64,000 nt of DNA from an uncultured Pseudomonadota bacterium (GCA_963736005.1 CAVTNB010000003.1:1-64000); one strand, 5' to 3'. Counted from the stretch's first letter, positions 28,477 to 38,576 are shown. Translations and numbers: made by a program. The notes: generated by a model from the sequence alone, not told the origin.

Positions 28477-30015
28477 CTAACGCAGCGCTTGCTCTATTAC
28501 ACTAGCAATCGGAACGCCCAGGCCAGTGCACGGGTCCCATCCGGCTCCGGCCTGGAAACGGCCGTTGTTTCCCATCGTGATATCGACAAACAGCGGCTTG
28601 TCAGCTTGTCGATACAGAATCGGTGAAAAGAATCCAATCGGTACACCCAGTCGTTGATTGATGCGCGCAGTGAGCGCAGACCACGCGGGCGCGACGGCGC
28701 TCGTGCCCCCTATTGCCAATTCGACTCCATCCATAACCACGTAATAGCCGGGTTGCTGCTGCGCGGCGACGTCGGGCACGCCGCGGCCGGGACTCATGCC
28801 GATTCGTGACGCTGTCGCTCGTGCGACATCTTGCCACTGCGGAACATCGAATCGCTCGCTAAAGCCGCCTCCGGTCCTTTCCCAAGCTTGTTCTTGTGCG
28901 CTGGGGTCTGACGTAATCACCGTCGCCCCACACGCAATCGCGAAGGGGCTGGATGCCGGCGCCAACACGTGCGGCTTGCCGTCGTAATCAAGCTCCGCCC
29001 CATTGTCACCGGACGAACAAAAGATGCTCACGCCCACAAGCGCGGCAACGGTGAACAAGTCATCAAGGATACCGAGCGCAACCGGCGTCCACAGATGTTC
29101 GGGCCATCCATAACTGATCGACAACACCGACGGCGCGTTCTCCTCATCGAAGAGCGCCTTCGCGATAGCATCGAGAAACCCGCGCTCGTCGTCAGGCGCT
29201 TCATACACGACGATGCGCGCCCCCGGTGCGAGTGAGCCGATGATTTGCACGTCGAGCGCTGCCTCAAGATCCTTGGTGGTCGCGATCTCGTGGGCGACTG
29301 CAGCGTCATCCACTCGCTTTACGATCGGATGAGCAGGAGTGAGGCCTTGGGCCCGCATGCATTGGTCGAAATCGCTCGGTTTGAATACACCCCGCAATTG
29401 CACGACGCCAACCGTTTGACCGGAACCATCAGCATCGGGAAACTGATAACGCGTCGCGACATCACGTGCGAACAGTGGGGTGGTGTGGCGCTGCAAAGAT
29501 CCGAGCTTGCGCGAGCGCGGCCATTGATGGAGACCGAAGATGCCGCGAACGACGGCAGCGATCTTGGAAGGAACGTGCAACGCACCCGATCGATGGCGGA
29601 AGCGCCGCTGACTGTCATCTTCAAAGATGGCGACTGTTGCACCGAAAGCTTCAACCAGTCGTTCGATGGAGCCGCTGATGGCCACGGCTCTCCAGCGTGA
29701 GTCGACGATCTTGAGATCGAAGCTCTCACAATAGCGACGCAGCAGCTCGACATCTTCGTTATCTGCGCCTGTTTGACGCGCTAGCGCTTTTCTATCTGCA
29801 TACGTGCGCTGCAGTGGCGGCGTCGCGCTAAGCGTTCGCGCGCGCGCGCGATCGAGATCTCCGCCGCGCTTCGGACGCAGCCACGCAGTCAGAAGGATGT
29901 CCGCGTCCGAGGACAGCGACTCCGCTTGATGACTTCCGGGCCAGACCTTACGCTCCGTTCCCGGGATTGGAATGCGCTTTTCTGAAGTCGTTCCTGGGTT
30001 CAGTCGTCGGTCCAA
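28477..30015 (-). CDS. S53 family (sedolisin/kumamolisin-like) peptidase
   Basis: Pro-domain; EAALD, SISYG, SSGDNG, GVPDVA, GGTS, WDPCTGLG. Confidence 0.92.
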   Translation of the reverse strand: MDRRLNPGTTSEKRIPIPGTERKVWPGSHQAESLSSDADILLTAWLRPKRGGDLDRARARTLSATPPLQRTYADRKALARQTGADNEDVELLRRYCESFDLKIVDSRWRAVAISGSIERLVEAFGATVAIFEDDSQRRFRHRSGALHVPSKIAAVVRGIFGLHQWPRSRKLGSLQRHTTPLFARDVATRYQFPDADGSGQTVGVVQLRGVFKPSDFDQCMRAQGLTPAHPIVKRVDDAAVAHEIATTKDLEAALDVQIIGSLAPGARIVVYEAPDDERGFLDAIAKALFDEENAPSVLSISYGWPEHLWTPVALGILDDLFTVAALVGVSIFCSSGDNGAELDYDGKPHVLAPASSPFAIACGATVITSDPSAQEQAWERTGGGFSERFDVPQWQDVARATASRIGMSPGRGVPDVAAQQQPGYYVVMDGVELAIGGTSAVAPAWSALTARINQRLGVPIGFFSPILYRQADKPLFVDITMGNNGRFQAGAGWDPCTGLGVPIASVIEQALR

Positions 30016-30425
30016 TCAAACGAAGGCCCGAACGGTTTACCGTTTGACTTCAGGCAGTGGCCTCGCCAGGCGTGGCCAGTCGTGTCGGGAGACCCAGTAC
30101 AAACGTAGCCAGGCGGGCCTCCTTTGAGTGGAGGGTACTGCGGCATCCCCGGTTTACCCGGAATGTGCTGTACGATGAGCTTCTTTGCCCACGATTCCGC
30201 CTGTGCGCACGTCATTTCGTGCTGGGTGAGGGTCAGCGAGTAACGGTTTCCCGAATTACCGGGCGGCATGGGGTTCACCCACGACGTGGAGGTGAATGAG
30301 GGGCATGTAGTCATTCCCATGTCGTCTGCGGCGGCAGGCGTGGGCGAGATGCCACTGGGACCTGCAAACATGACAAGCACGAAAACACTCGCAAGGGGGA
30401 TACTCAAGAAGCGCACGATATTCAT
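30000..30425 (-). CDS. Secreted Cys-containing hypothetical protein
   Basis: Signal peptide ending AAA; four Cys; GAGGAG RBS. Confidence 0.75.
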   Translation of the reverse strand: MNIVRFLSIPLASVFVLVMFAGPSGISPTPAAADDMGMTTCPSFTSTSWVNPMPPGNSGNRYSLTLTQHEMTCAQAESWAKKLIVQHIPGKPGMPQYPPLKGGPPGYVCTGSPDTTGHAWRGHCLKSNGKPFGPSFDWTDD

Positions 30426-30466
30426 ACTCCTCGCCGATGGCTATATAGCGGTGTAGCCGAATGTTG

Positions 30467-31516
30467 TTATTTGGTGCATGTGAGGTCGATGCGGAAGTCT
30501 GCCGGTTTGGGATAATGGGGCATGCCGGTCAGCGCGTTTTGCGTTGCGGCGTTGAAGGTGACGAGCAAGCGAACCGGCTTGTCGGTTCCGTTCAGACCAC
30601 CCCCGGCGAAGAGCTGTGAGAACGTATATGACCCGCCGGGCGGAAAAACAACATTGCGAGAACCCAGACCGAAGCCGCCTACCACGTTAAATGATGAAGC
30701 ATTGTTACCGCTCTGTGTGGCAAGAAACTCGTCGGACACATTTGATGGCGCTTCTCCCGGACCGTACAACCCACCGGGCCATAGCTTGCGATTGGTGACG
30801 TTGACCCATGTCTGCGTCACGCGCCAGCCGTTTTGGTCTTCTGGCTTCGCATCGGGTGGACTCGGCGAAAATGCGGTCACGCGCATCTTCCATACCCCGT
30901 TGCTCATCCATTGGTTCATGCAACCTGGGGTCGCAACAATCTGGTTGGACCCACCTTCCGCGTTGGCGGCCGCTCCGGTCGCGACGCAACCCAGGTTGAA
31001 GTGAAAGTTATACTTTGAGGTAGTGAACTGCGGCTTCGACTTCAATTGGGCAAGCAGTACTCCGTTGAACGTGATCTCAAGGCCCTTTGGTTTATTCGAC
31101 GGATCAACGTTGGAATTATAGAATACTTGTTTATACGTCAACTGCCCAGCGGGCGCAAACGTATTGTTGCCCACATTTGCCATTGACATACTGGCCGCGG
31201 TCGACTCCTTCACACTGATGGCACCGCTTCCGAGTTCTAGTCGCTGGTCTTGGAGCTGCGCATCGCCGGGGGAGGTTTCTCCCGACGTTCCGTTGCGCCA
31301 CACTTCGGTGACTTGCCAGCCAACTTGCTGACTACCGTTCATGTATGGCTCAACGTTCGTGACTTTCACGCGCCACACCCCATTGAAGAGCCATTGATTC
31401 ATGCAGCCCTCGCGGCTGTTCGCGTCGCCGAAACTCGCCGAACGCGCGAGCAGTACGACGCCGCAAGCAACGGCGAGAACGATGAACGACGTTGACCTTT
31501 GAATCGCGTTGCGCAC
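30467..31516 (-). CDS. Secreted hypothetical protein with two GCMNQW repeat domains (paralog B)
   Basis: GTG 31516 after AAGGAG; signal peptide; two GCMNQWxxNGVW repeats. Confidence 0.8.
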   Translation of the reverse strand: MRNAIQRSTSFIVLAVACGVVLLARSASFGDANSREGCMNQWLFNGVWRVKVTNVEPYMNGSQQVGWQVTEVWRNGTSGETSPGDAQLQDQRLELGSGAISVKESTAASMSMANVGNNTFAPAGQLTYKQVFYNSNVDPSNKPKGLEITFNGVLLAQLKSKPQFTTSKYNFHFNLGCVATGAAANAEGGSNQIVATPGCMNQWMSNGVWKMRVTAFSPSPPDAKPEDQNGWRVTQTWVNVTNRKLWPGGLYGPGEAPSNVSDEFLATQSGNNASSFNVVGGFGLGSRNVVFPPGGSYTFSQLFAGGGLNGTDKPVRLLVTFNAATQNALTGMPHYPKPADFRIDLTCTK

Positions 31517-31550
31517 CGAGGAATCTCCTTTGAAGCTCAGATCTCTAGCG

Positions 31551-32588
31551 CTATTTTGTGCACGTGAAGTCGATGCGGAAGTTTGCTGGAGTCTTATAGT
31601 GAGGTAAGCCGACGCGCGCATTCTGCTTTGCCGCATCGAATTGAACGAGGAGTTTTACTGGCTTGTCTGATGGATTAAGCGGCGCCCAGCGAAAGCGCTG
31701 TTGGTATGTAAACGAACCGCCTGGAGGAAAGGTCCGGAAAACGAGCTGCTCTTGGTTCATTGACGTTCCTGCGCTGTTTGTTGCGGGTGTATTTTGACCG
31801 CCCGCAGTAATGAGGTACTGATCCTGCATGAGAGAATCACTGGGTGCGAGTGGCCGGCTTGTGAGGTTTACCCAATCTTCCGTTATCATCCAACCGATCT
31901 GCGGGCTCGTCGGATCGTTGTTGTTGTCGGGAGCGATCGCGGTGGCGCGCATCTTCCAGACGCCATTGGAGATCCATTGATTCATACAACCCGGTATCGC
32001 GGCCATCTCGCCCGACCCGCCTTCTGCTTGCGCGGCCTTTCCGGTCGCAACACAACCCAGGTTAAAGTGGAAGTTGTAGTGCGCGCTGGTGAACTGTGGC
32101 TTCGACTTAAGCACTGCTAGCTTTGCGTTGTCGAAAATAATATCCACAGCTTGGGGCTTGTTGGACGGATCGAAGGTTGGGGCTAGGAAGATCTGCGTGT
32201 ACGTGAATTGTGCAGCCGGCGCGAAAGTATGGAAACCCACGGTCCCCATCGACAAGGTTCCTGTGTTGGTCGTCGAGGCAAGGAGCGACCCATTATTGAG
32301 CGTGAGCTTTTGGTCTTTGAGGAAGGAATCGCCGGGTGCGAGTTCTTGACTCGTGCCGTTGCGCCACACTTCGGTGACTTGCCAGCCTGACGGCGGACCA
32401 CCGTTCACATAGGGCTCGACTTTGGTGACTTGCACGCGCCACACGCCGTTGAACAGCCACTGATTCATGCAACCTTCACGGCTGTTGACATCACCGACGA
32501 CGGCCGATCGTGCGGCGAGTAGCGCCGCAATCATAATGACGGCCACAAGCGCCGTTCTCTTCATCAGGAAGTGTCGATCTTGACGCAC
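31551..32588 (-). CDS. Secreted hypothetical protein with two GCMNQW repeat domains (paralog A)
   Basis: GTG 32588 after AAGGAG; signal peptide; same repeat layout as neighbour. Confidence 0.8.
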   Translation of the reverse strand: MRQDRHFLMKRTALVAVIMIAALLAARSAVVGDVNSREGCMNQWLFNGVWRVQVTKVEPYVNGGPPSGWQVTEVWRNGTSQELAPGDSFLKDQKLTLNNGSLLASTTNTGTLSMGTVGFHTFAPAAQFTYTQIFLAPTFDPSNKPQAVDIIFDNAKLAVLKSKPQFTSAHYNFHFNLGCVATGKAAQAEGGSGEMAAIPGCMNQWISNGVWKMRATAIAPDNNNDPTSPQIGWMITEDWVNLTSRPLAPSDSLMQDQYLITAGGQNTPATNSAGTSMNQEQLVFRTFPPGGSFTYQQRFRWAPLNPSDKPVKLLVQFDAAKQNARVGLPHYKTPANFRIDFTCTK

Positions 32589-32737
32589 AAAAACATCTCC
32601 TTGAAAGACTGCTTCAAACAGGTGTAAGAGCAGCGTCCGCTATCTGTACGTTTGACGCCTGCCAGGAGCCTTCTTAGCCGCCTCGCCAGAGCGATTCTTC
32701 CTCGCCCTGCCCATCGACCACCCGTTTGATCGCTGCT

Positions 32738-34102
32738 TCAAACCTCTAGAGCAAAGATCTTGAGCGCTTCGTCACGATGGCGCTCCATGAGCGATCGTGT
32801 GTCACCCTCAACGTTCAGTCGCAGGAGCGGCTCGGTATTTGAAGGGCGAACGTTAAGCCACCAGTCTGCCATCTCCACGGTCACGCCGTCGAGGTGATCG
32901 ATACCCGCTCCTCGCGCCGCGTAGAACGCTTCGACTTCATATAACGCTTTCTGCGCATCGCTCACCGTTGAGTTGATCTCCCCGGACCGAAAACGCGTGT
33001 CGATAGGGGAGACGAGCTCGCTCACCGTTTGCTCCGTTCGACTCAAGAGCTCGAGACAGTGCATGAGTGCGATCATCCCGGAATCGGCGAACCAGTTCTC
33101 GCGAAAATAATAGTGCCCCGAGTGCTCGCCGCCAAAGGGAATATTCTGTTCTCGCATGATTGGCTTGATAATCGAGTGGCCGACGGGCGAACGCACCGGA
33201 ATCCCGCCGGCGCGGGTGATAACTTCCGGCACAGAGCGGCTGCAAATGAGGTTATAAAGGATCTTGGCGCCCGGAAAACGCTTGAGCGCGTTTAGCCCAA
33301 TGAGGGCCGTCATGATTCCACCATCAATGAGCCCGGCTTTCTCGTCCACGATGAACATACGGTCGGCGTCGCCATCAAACGTGACGCCAAGGTCACAGTG
33401 ATGGGCCAGCACTGCTGCTTGCAGTTGCACCTTATTGGCCGGATCCATTGGATTCGCCGGATGATTGGGGAAACTGCCGTCGAGCTCAAAATAGAGCGGT
33501 ACGATTTCGCACGGCAGCTGCTTGAAAACGACTGGTGTCGTGAGCCCCCCCATGCCATTGGCTGCATCCACGGCGATCTTCAATGGCTTGATCGCATGTC
33601 GGTCGATCATCGAGAGGCAGTGTTGGGCAAAATCATCGAGAATATCGCGCTGAGAAATTGAGCCACGAGTGTCGCTGCGCGGAATGTTTCCTGCAATGAT
33701 CCGATCGCGCATCTCTGCTAATCCGGTCTCCAGCGACACGGCGACCGCATCTTTGCGGCAAAACTTCAGACCGTTGTAGTTCGCAGGATTGTGCGACGCG
33801 GTGATCATGACCCCGCCGTCAAAGTCGAACTTGCCGGTAGCAAAATACAGCGCGTCGGTTGAGACCAGTCCGATGTCGGTGACCTGCGCACCCTGATCGA
33901 CCGCACCCTCAGCCAATGCCGCAAACAGCCCTTGACCCGATGCTCGCATGTCACGTCCGATGACGATGTGCGATAAGCCAAACTGTGCGACAAACGCGCG
34001 GCCCACTTGATAGACAAAGTCTCGCGTCAGCTCGTCGGGAATCGTACCCCGGATATCATAGCGCTTGAAAAGTCCGAAGATTGTCGTCGCAAGATCCTGC
34101 AC
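32738..34102 (-). CDS. Phosphomannomutase/phosphoglucomutase
   Basis: YDIRG, TASHNP, DGDADR, GEHSGH, RPSNTEP. Confidence 0.95.
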   Translation of the reverse strand: MQDLATTIFGLFKRYDIRGTIPDELTRDFVYQVGRAFVAQFGLSHIVIGRDMRASGQGLFAALAEGAVDQGAQVTDIGLVSTDALYFATGKFDFDGGVMITASHNPANYNGLKFCRKDAVAVSLETGLAEMRDRIIAGNIPRSDTRGSISQRDILDDFAQHCLSMIDRHAIKPLKIAVDAANGMGGLTTPVVFKQLPCEIVPLYFELDGSFPNHPANPMDPANKVQLQAAVLAHHCDLGVTFDGDADRMFIVDEKAGLIDGGIMTALIGLNALKRFPGAKILYNLICSRSVPEVITRAGGIPVRSPVGHSIIKPIMREQNIPFGGEHSGHYYFRENWFADSGMIALMHCLELLSRTEQTVSELVSPIDTRFRSGEINSTVSDAQKALYEVEAFYAARGAGIDHLDGVTVEMADWWLNVRPSNTEPLLRLNVEGDTRSLMERHRDEALKIFALEV

Positions 34103-34111
34103 GTCTACACC

Positions 34112-35203
34112 TCAAGGACTGAGCGTCAAGCGGCCTCGCCCAACTGCTCTGTCCCCCATGCCATAGTAGATGTCATAGACTCGATCGCCGACATCTGGTC
34201 GAGGATCGATCGCCGTAGGGAATACTACTTCTCCAGCCTTACCGCGCACTTCGATGGGGAGTTCTGGCACAAAAAGCGGCTGTGGCGAACGATAGAGAAC
34301 CTTGTCGATGTGCGACGCACTGTGCACAATAACTCCCGCGCAGTACCGCAAGCGCGTCGCGCCGTTTCTCTCGCGAAGCTGATCCACTCCGTGGATAAGG
34401 GCAAGCCAACCCTCACGGATGCGCACCGGGGGAGTGCCGCCGCCGACTTTCACCTGGCCCCAGCTTGCGGTCGGCAGCTCCAGGGGGTGTGCTTCAATGA
34501 CTTCGCAGATTTTTCTGAGATCTTTGCGGACTGCATCCAACGAAACGTATCCGATCGCGATATTTTCGCGTCGTTCGGGCGCGCGCTTCAACAAGACTTT
34601 GGCGCCCGCTGCCCCGTGCTTGCGCCACAACGCCCAAAGCGTCGGACGATGGTAGAGCGCGAGCGACGGAATGCCACGTGGCGAGAGCACAGGCTCGGGG
34701 AAAAAGGCTGCATCTTTGTCGGCGAAGCTCGTTCTCTGTTTGTGAACGCACATCAATCCAATGCGCTGCCAGGCATTGCCATCTTTCGATACCGCAACAG
34801 CCACCTGCGGTCCGGACGGTCCGAAGGCGACGTACGCCATCACATAACGATCGAGCACTGCGATGTAGGTTACCCGCGGGTCCTCGCAACCGTGTCCATC
34901 GGAGTCATTCCTCATCTCGTACGGCGCTTGTGGTTCGAGCGCGAAACCGGTTTGATCAAAGGTCATCTTCCCACCCTTGTGCTCATGGGCGCGAAAGCGA
35001 CCGATGCGCGAGACGTTGCCGGGCGCAACCATGCGGGGAAAGAGCTGCAACGCACCGTCTCGCAAGCGCGTGCAGGCCGGATTGAGAATGCCTTCGCGGT
35101 CGACAAGACGACGGTCTGGCTTCAGTATCGTGCCGAGACGAGTGAACTGCGCGCTGAAGCGAGCGAGGGGCTTATCGATGGCGTGGGACGTACGTCTTCT
35201 CAG
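34112..35203 (-). CDS. Glycoside hydrolase family 130 (mannoside phosphorylase-like)
   Basis: EGILNPA, GCEDPR, DKDAAFFP, YHRP, KVGGG, VVFP, YYGMGD; frame stays open upstream of the TTG at 35065, so start is uncertain (CTG 35203 proposed). Confidence 0.82.
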   Translation of the reverse strand: MRRRTSHAIDKPLARFSAQFTRLGTILKPDRRLVDREGILNPACTRLRDGALQLFPRMVAPGNVSRIGRFRAHEHKGGKMTFDQTGFALEPQAPYEMRNDSDGHGCEDPRVTYIAVLDRYVMAYVAFGPSGPQVAVAVSKDGNAWQRIGLMCVHKQRTSFADKDAAFFPEPVLSPRGIPSLALYHRPTLWALWRKHGAAGAKVLLKRAPERRENIAIGYVSLDAVRKDLRKICEVIEAHPLELPTASWGQVKVGGGTPPVRIREGWLALIHGVDQLRERNGATRLRYCAGVIVHSASHIDKVLYRSPQPLFVPELPIEVRGKAGEVVFPTAIDPRPDVGDRVYDIYYGMGDRAVGRGRLTLSP

Positions 35204-35610
35204 CTGCGTTTCCGACGTTCATTCTCCGCGACTCGCGCCTTCACTAATTTCTTCACGAGACCGGCAGGCAGAGGCTTATCCAAAGGAAAGCGGATGGTGC
35301 CTTTCGATGTGTAAAAGCTCTTCAGGTCGTTTTTGAACGCTCTGATCACTGTCATGCTCATCGGAAAGAAACTGCAATGGTTCGAAAACGCGGCGAACGC
35401 CACCACAGATCCTTTGTACTTGAACGTTGGGATCCCATAGCTGATAGCCTCGGTTGCCTCCTTGGGCACAGCCGACCGGATCATCGCACGCACTTTCTTC
35501 AAGGTAGTGCGGGCGGGCTCTGGGACACCCGCCAGGTATTTGTCCACCACCTTGGGAGATACATTGCTTTTCGCCACCGATCCGCGACTGCCGGACTTCG
35601 GTTTTTTCAC
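35200..35610 (-). CDS. DUF1801 (YdhG-like) protein
   Basis: VDKYLA...EAISYGIPTF...SKGTIRFPLDKPLP. Confidence 0.88.
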   Translation of the reverse strand: MKKPKSGSRGSVAKSNVSPKVVDKYLAGVPEPARTTLKKVRAMIRSAVPKEATEAISYGIPTFKYKGSVVAFAAFSNHCSFFPMSMTVIRAFKNDLKSFYTSKGTIRFPLDKPLPAGLVKKLVKARVAENERRKRS

Positions 35611-35637
35611 CGAGTTACTGGCTCCCTTCTTGATGAG

Positions 35638-35826
35638 CTAGTGATCGACAAACTTCGATATTTCGTCCATCGTTGGATCGAGCCGCAAATCTTCATGCGC
35701 GTATTTGCGGTCTTCATGTCCGCCGGGAACCGTCACTCGCACGAGAATCTCATGCGGATGCACCTCTTTGACAATGCCTTCTTCCTTCGTCCCATCAATG
35801 TAGACCTTATCGCCGATCTTTAACAT
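35638..35826 (-). CDS. Small KOW/SH3-like hypothetical protein (62 aa)
   Basis: MLKIGDKVYI...GIVKEV; GAGGAG RBS. Confidence 0.75.
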   Translation of the reverse strand: MLKIGDKVYIDGTKEEGIVKEVHPHEILVRVTVPGGHEDRKYAHEDLRLDPTMDEISKFVDH

Positions 35827-35845
35827 GTCTGCTCCTCTGGGCTGG

Positions 35846-36376
35846 TTACGTACGTCGACGTGCCGGTTCAAAGCGGAAGTTGACCTCAGGGGTAATCCCA
35901 CGGGCAAGCGTCTGATAGACGACGCAATATCGTTCCGTTAATTGTTGAAGCGTAGCAGCCTCTTCGGGCGTCGTGTCCGCGTCAAGGTCGAAGTGAAGTC
36001 GAATATTTTTGAAGCCGACCGGCACGGTTCGATCGAGGCCCAACGTGCCTCGGAAGTCCAGATCACCCTCGGCAGATACGGTTCCACCGCGCAACTGAAT
36101 GTTTTTAGCCGTTGCAACCGACCGCAGCGTCACGCCGGCACACGCGACCAGTGCCTGCAACAACATATCACCCGAACAAGCGAACGTTCCATCACCGCCC
36201 GTTGCCGGGTGCAGCCCGGCTTTCACAAGCGTGCGTCCAGTCTCCACGCTGCAACTAAGCCCCTCGGGGTCATCGATCCGGCCGCTTGCTCGCAGCGTCA
36301 CGAGCGCAGCACTCGGCTCGGTGCGATACCGATCCTTGATGGGCGCCTGCAGAGTGCGCAAACTTTCAGTATCCAC
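35846..36376 (-). CDS. OsmC family protein
   Basis: GLHPATGG..CSGDMLL.ALVACAG, DLDFRGTLG, TERYCVV. Confidence 0.92.
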   Translation of the reverse strand: MDTESLRTLQAPIKDRYRTEPSAALVTLRASGRIDDPEGLSCSVETGRTLVKAGLHPATGGDGTFACSGDMLLQALVACAGVTLRSVATAKNIQLRGGTVSAEGDLDFRGTLGLDRTVPVGFKNIRLHFDLDADTTPEEAATLQQLTERYCVVYQTLARGITPEVNFRFEPARRRT

Positions 36377-36441
36377 GCGGGCCCTCCATTCCTGGCAAGC
36401 GTTCAGTTACGACCTGACGATTATTGATCCTGGGCGCAGCT

Positions 36442-38433
36442 TTATGAGTACAACACGCGCGACATGAGCAGCGTCAGTGCCCGCCGGAGTTGAACCGCCA
36501 CGTCCGCGTTCTCGCTCTCATCGATTTTATCGAGCGCCGCTTCGATCCAACGAAGCCCCTCCGCCTCGACGCCCCCATGCCACCAGACCATCTGCAAGGC
36601 AACTGCAATCGAGCCACCGAGGGCTACCTCTTGATCTCTGACAAGTGCCCAATCCATGGCCGCGCGAAAGTTTTCAACCTCCGGCTCGAGTCTTGCAAGC
36701 CATTCGCCCAGCGGCATCGCGCCAAAAGTTCTTTCCGCCTCTTGTGCGACGCCTTGGAAGTATTCGGCGTGCCGACGGCCGAGCCGATCGCGCTCCCCGC
36801 TCGCCGCGAGTTTCGCCAGCGCGTACTGGCGAGTGCACTCAAGCATGCGGTAGCGCTCCAGATTGGCGCTCGTGTCCACCACGAGCAGCGATTTATCCGC
36901 AAGGGAAGCGATCAGATCGAACAGATCTCTGCGCTCGATACCATCGCCCGTACACACAAAAGCCGCGGCATCGAGGGTAAAGCTACCGGCAAAAACCGCC
37001 ACGCGATTGAACAGCACCCTCTCCTCAGGCGAGAGTAAATCATAGCTCCAATCAAAGAGGGCGGTCAGCGTCTTCTGCCGGGGGAGCGCGGTGCGGCTGC
37101 CCCCGGTAAGAATCTCGAAGCGCTCGTTGAGGCGCTGCGCGAGGGTGGATATGCTCATCACCTTGACGCGTGCTGCAGCGAGTTCGATCGCAAGGGGAAT
37201 ACCATCGAGCCGGCGGCAGATATCCGACACGATGAACGCATTGTCGTCACCGAGTCGAAAGGATTGGTCGACGAGCGACGCCCGGTCGGCGAAAAGGGCC
37301 ACCGCACCGAAGCTCAGTGCAGCCGCTGGGGCGAGATTCGCCACCTTATCGGGGACCGCTAGCGAAGCGACGCGAAGCACTTTTTCCCCGCTCACTCCTA
37401 GCGCCTGACGTGAGGTGGCAACGATACGAACATCCGGACAATGCCGATGAATCGCATCCGCCAGCGCGGCAACTGCCTCCAGCACGTGCTCGCAATTGTC
37501 GAGTACCAAGAGAAGCTGCTTGCCTTTGAGGAACTGCATCATCGACTCGTCGATCGCGCGTACTTGTGCCTGGCTTACACCCAACGCTTTGGCGACCACG
37601 CTCGACACCAATTCCGAACCCGTGATTGCTGCGAGATCGGCGACCCATACTCCGTCGGGAAAGCGTTCGAGAACTTCGGCACCAAGCTGTGCCGCCAATC
37701 GCGTCTTGCCGACGCCACCGGCTCCCAGGAGCGTGACCAAACGGTGCTCGGCGAGATGCACCTTCAAATCTTCAAGATCTTGTTCGCGGCCCCGGAAACT
37801 CGTAACTTGAATGGGCAGATTGTTGGGCAGCGTGTCCAGCGAATTGAGCCGCGGGAAATCACTTGACAGACCCTTTATTGTTAGCTGCCAGACGTGCTCG
37901 GGGTGAGCAAGATCCTTGAGTCGATGCGCGCCGAGGTCGATGAATCTCGTCTCGTGCGGTGCTTCGTTGTGCACGAGCTCGTAGGTTGCACCTGACAGGA
38001 GAATCTGCCCGCCGTGACCGATGGACATAAGCCGCGCAACTCGGTTGACGCTCGGACCAAAATAATCAGCATCGCGTTCCTCCGCGTATCCGGTATGCAA
38101 GCCGATTCGAACTCGCAAGCCATGGACCGCTGAAAAATCTTCCGCGCTGAGGGCGCGCTGAGCGTCGAGTGCAGCTTTGACTGCGTTTGGTGCTGTCGCG
38201 AATGCGGAACAGAATGCGTCGCCAACCGTCTTGAAAATATGGCCACCATATCGCGAGATGGCCAAGCGCATCAACTGTTCGTGGCGCGCAACGGCCACCT
38301 TCATTGCCTCGTGATGTTTTTCCCAGCGCTCGGTGCTGCCTTCGATGTCGGAGAACAAGAAGGTGACCGTGCCCGTAGGCAACGACACCGGGTGTTTGGA
38401 TTGCCGTTCCTCGGCCCGAGTGTTATGTGGCAT
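36442..38433 (-). CDS. Class III cyclase - STAND ATPase protein, short form lacking most of the TPR region
   Basis: FSDIEGST, KTVGD, DYFGPSVNRVARL; GAGGVGKT; LDNCEH; LDGIPLAIELAAAR; ends at 663 aa. Confidence 0.88.
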   Translation of the reverse strand: MPHNTRAEERQSKHPVSLPTGTVTFLFSDIEGSTERWEKHHEAMKVAVARHEQLMRLAISRYGGHIFKTVGDAFCSAFATAPNAVKAALDAQRALSAEDFSAVHGLRVRIGLHTGYAEERDADYFGPSVNRVARLMSIGHGGQILLSGATYELVHNEAPHETRFIDLGAHRLKDLAHPEHVWQLTIKGLSSDFPRLNSLDTLPNNLPIQVTSFRGREQDLEDLKVHLAEHRLVTLLGAGGVGKTRLAAQLGAEVLERFPDGVWVADLAAITGSELVSSVVAKALGVSQAQVRAIDESMMQFLKGKQLLLVLDNCEHVLEAVAALADAIHRHCPDVRIVATSRQALGVSGEKVLRVASLAVPDKVANLAPAAALSFGAVALFADRASLVDQSFRLGDDNAFIVSDICRRLDGIPLAIELAAARVKVMSISTLAQRLNERFEILTGGSRTALPRQKTLTALFDWSYDLLSPEERVLFNRVAVFAGSFTLDAAAFVCTGDGIERRDLFDLIASLADKSLLVVDTSANLERYRMLECTRQYALAKLAASGERDRLGRRHAEYFQGVAQEAERTFGAMPLGEWLARLEPEVENFRAAMDWALVRDQEVALGGSIAVALQMVWWHGGVEAEGLRWIEAALDKIDESENADVAVQLRRALTLLMSRVLYS

Positions 38434-38576
38434 CAGATGATGCTGATTGTTCGGCTGTTGACCGCTGCGGCCCTAGCCGCGCTTGCCAAGCCGGCGGTGC
38501 TCACGATATAATACAGGTGCCCCAAAATGGTCGTAAAGTCGATCTTTTCGTGCGCGAAATTGATGGAGGGATTTAC

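Noticed and set aside
34007..35314. 435-aa plus-strand ORF
   Set aside because: Antisense shadow of the GH130 and DUF1801 genes; no motifs
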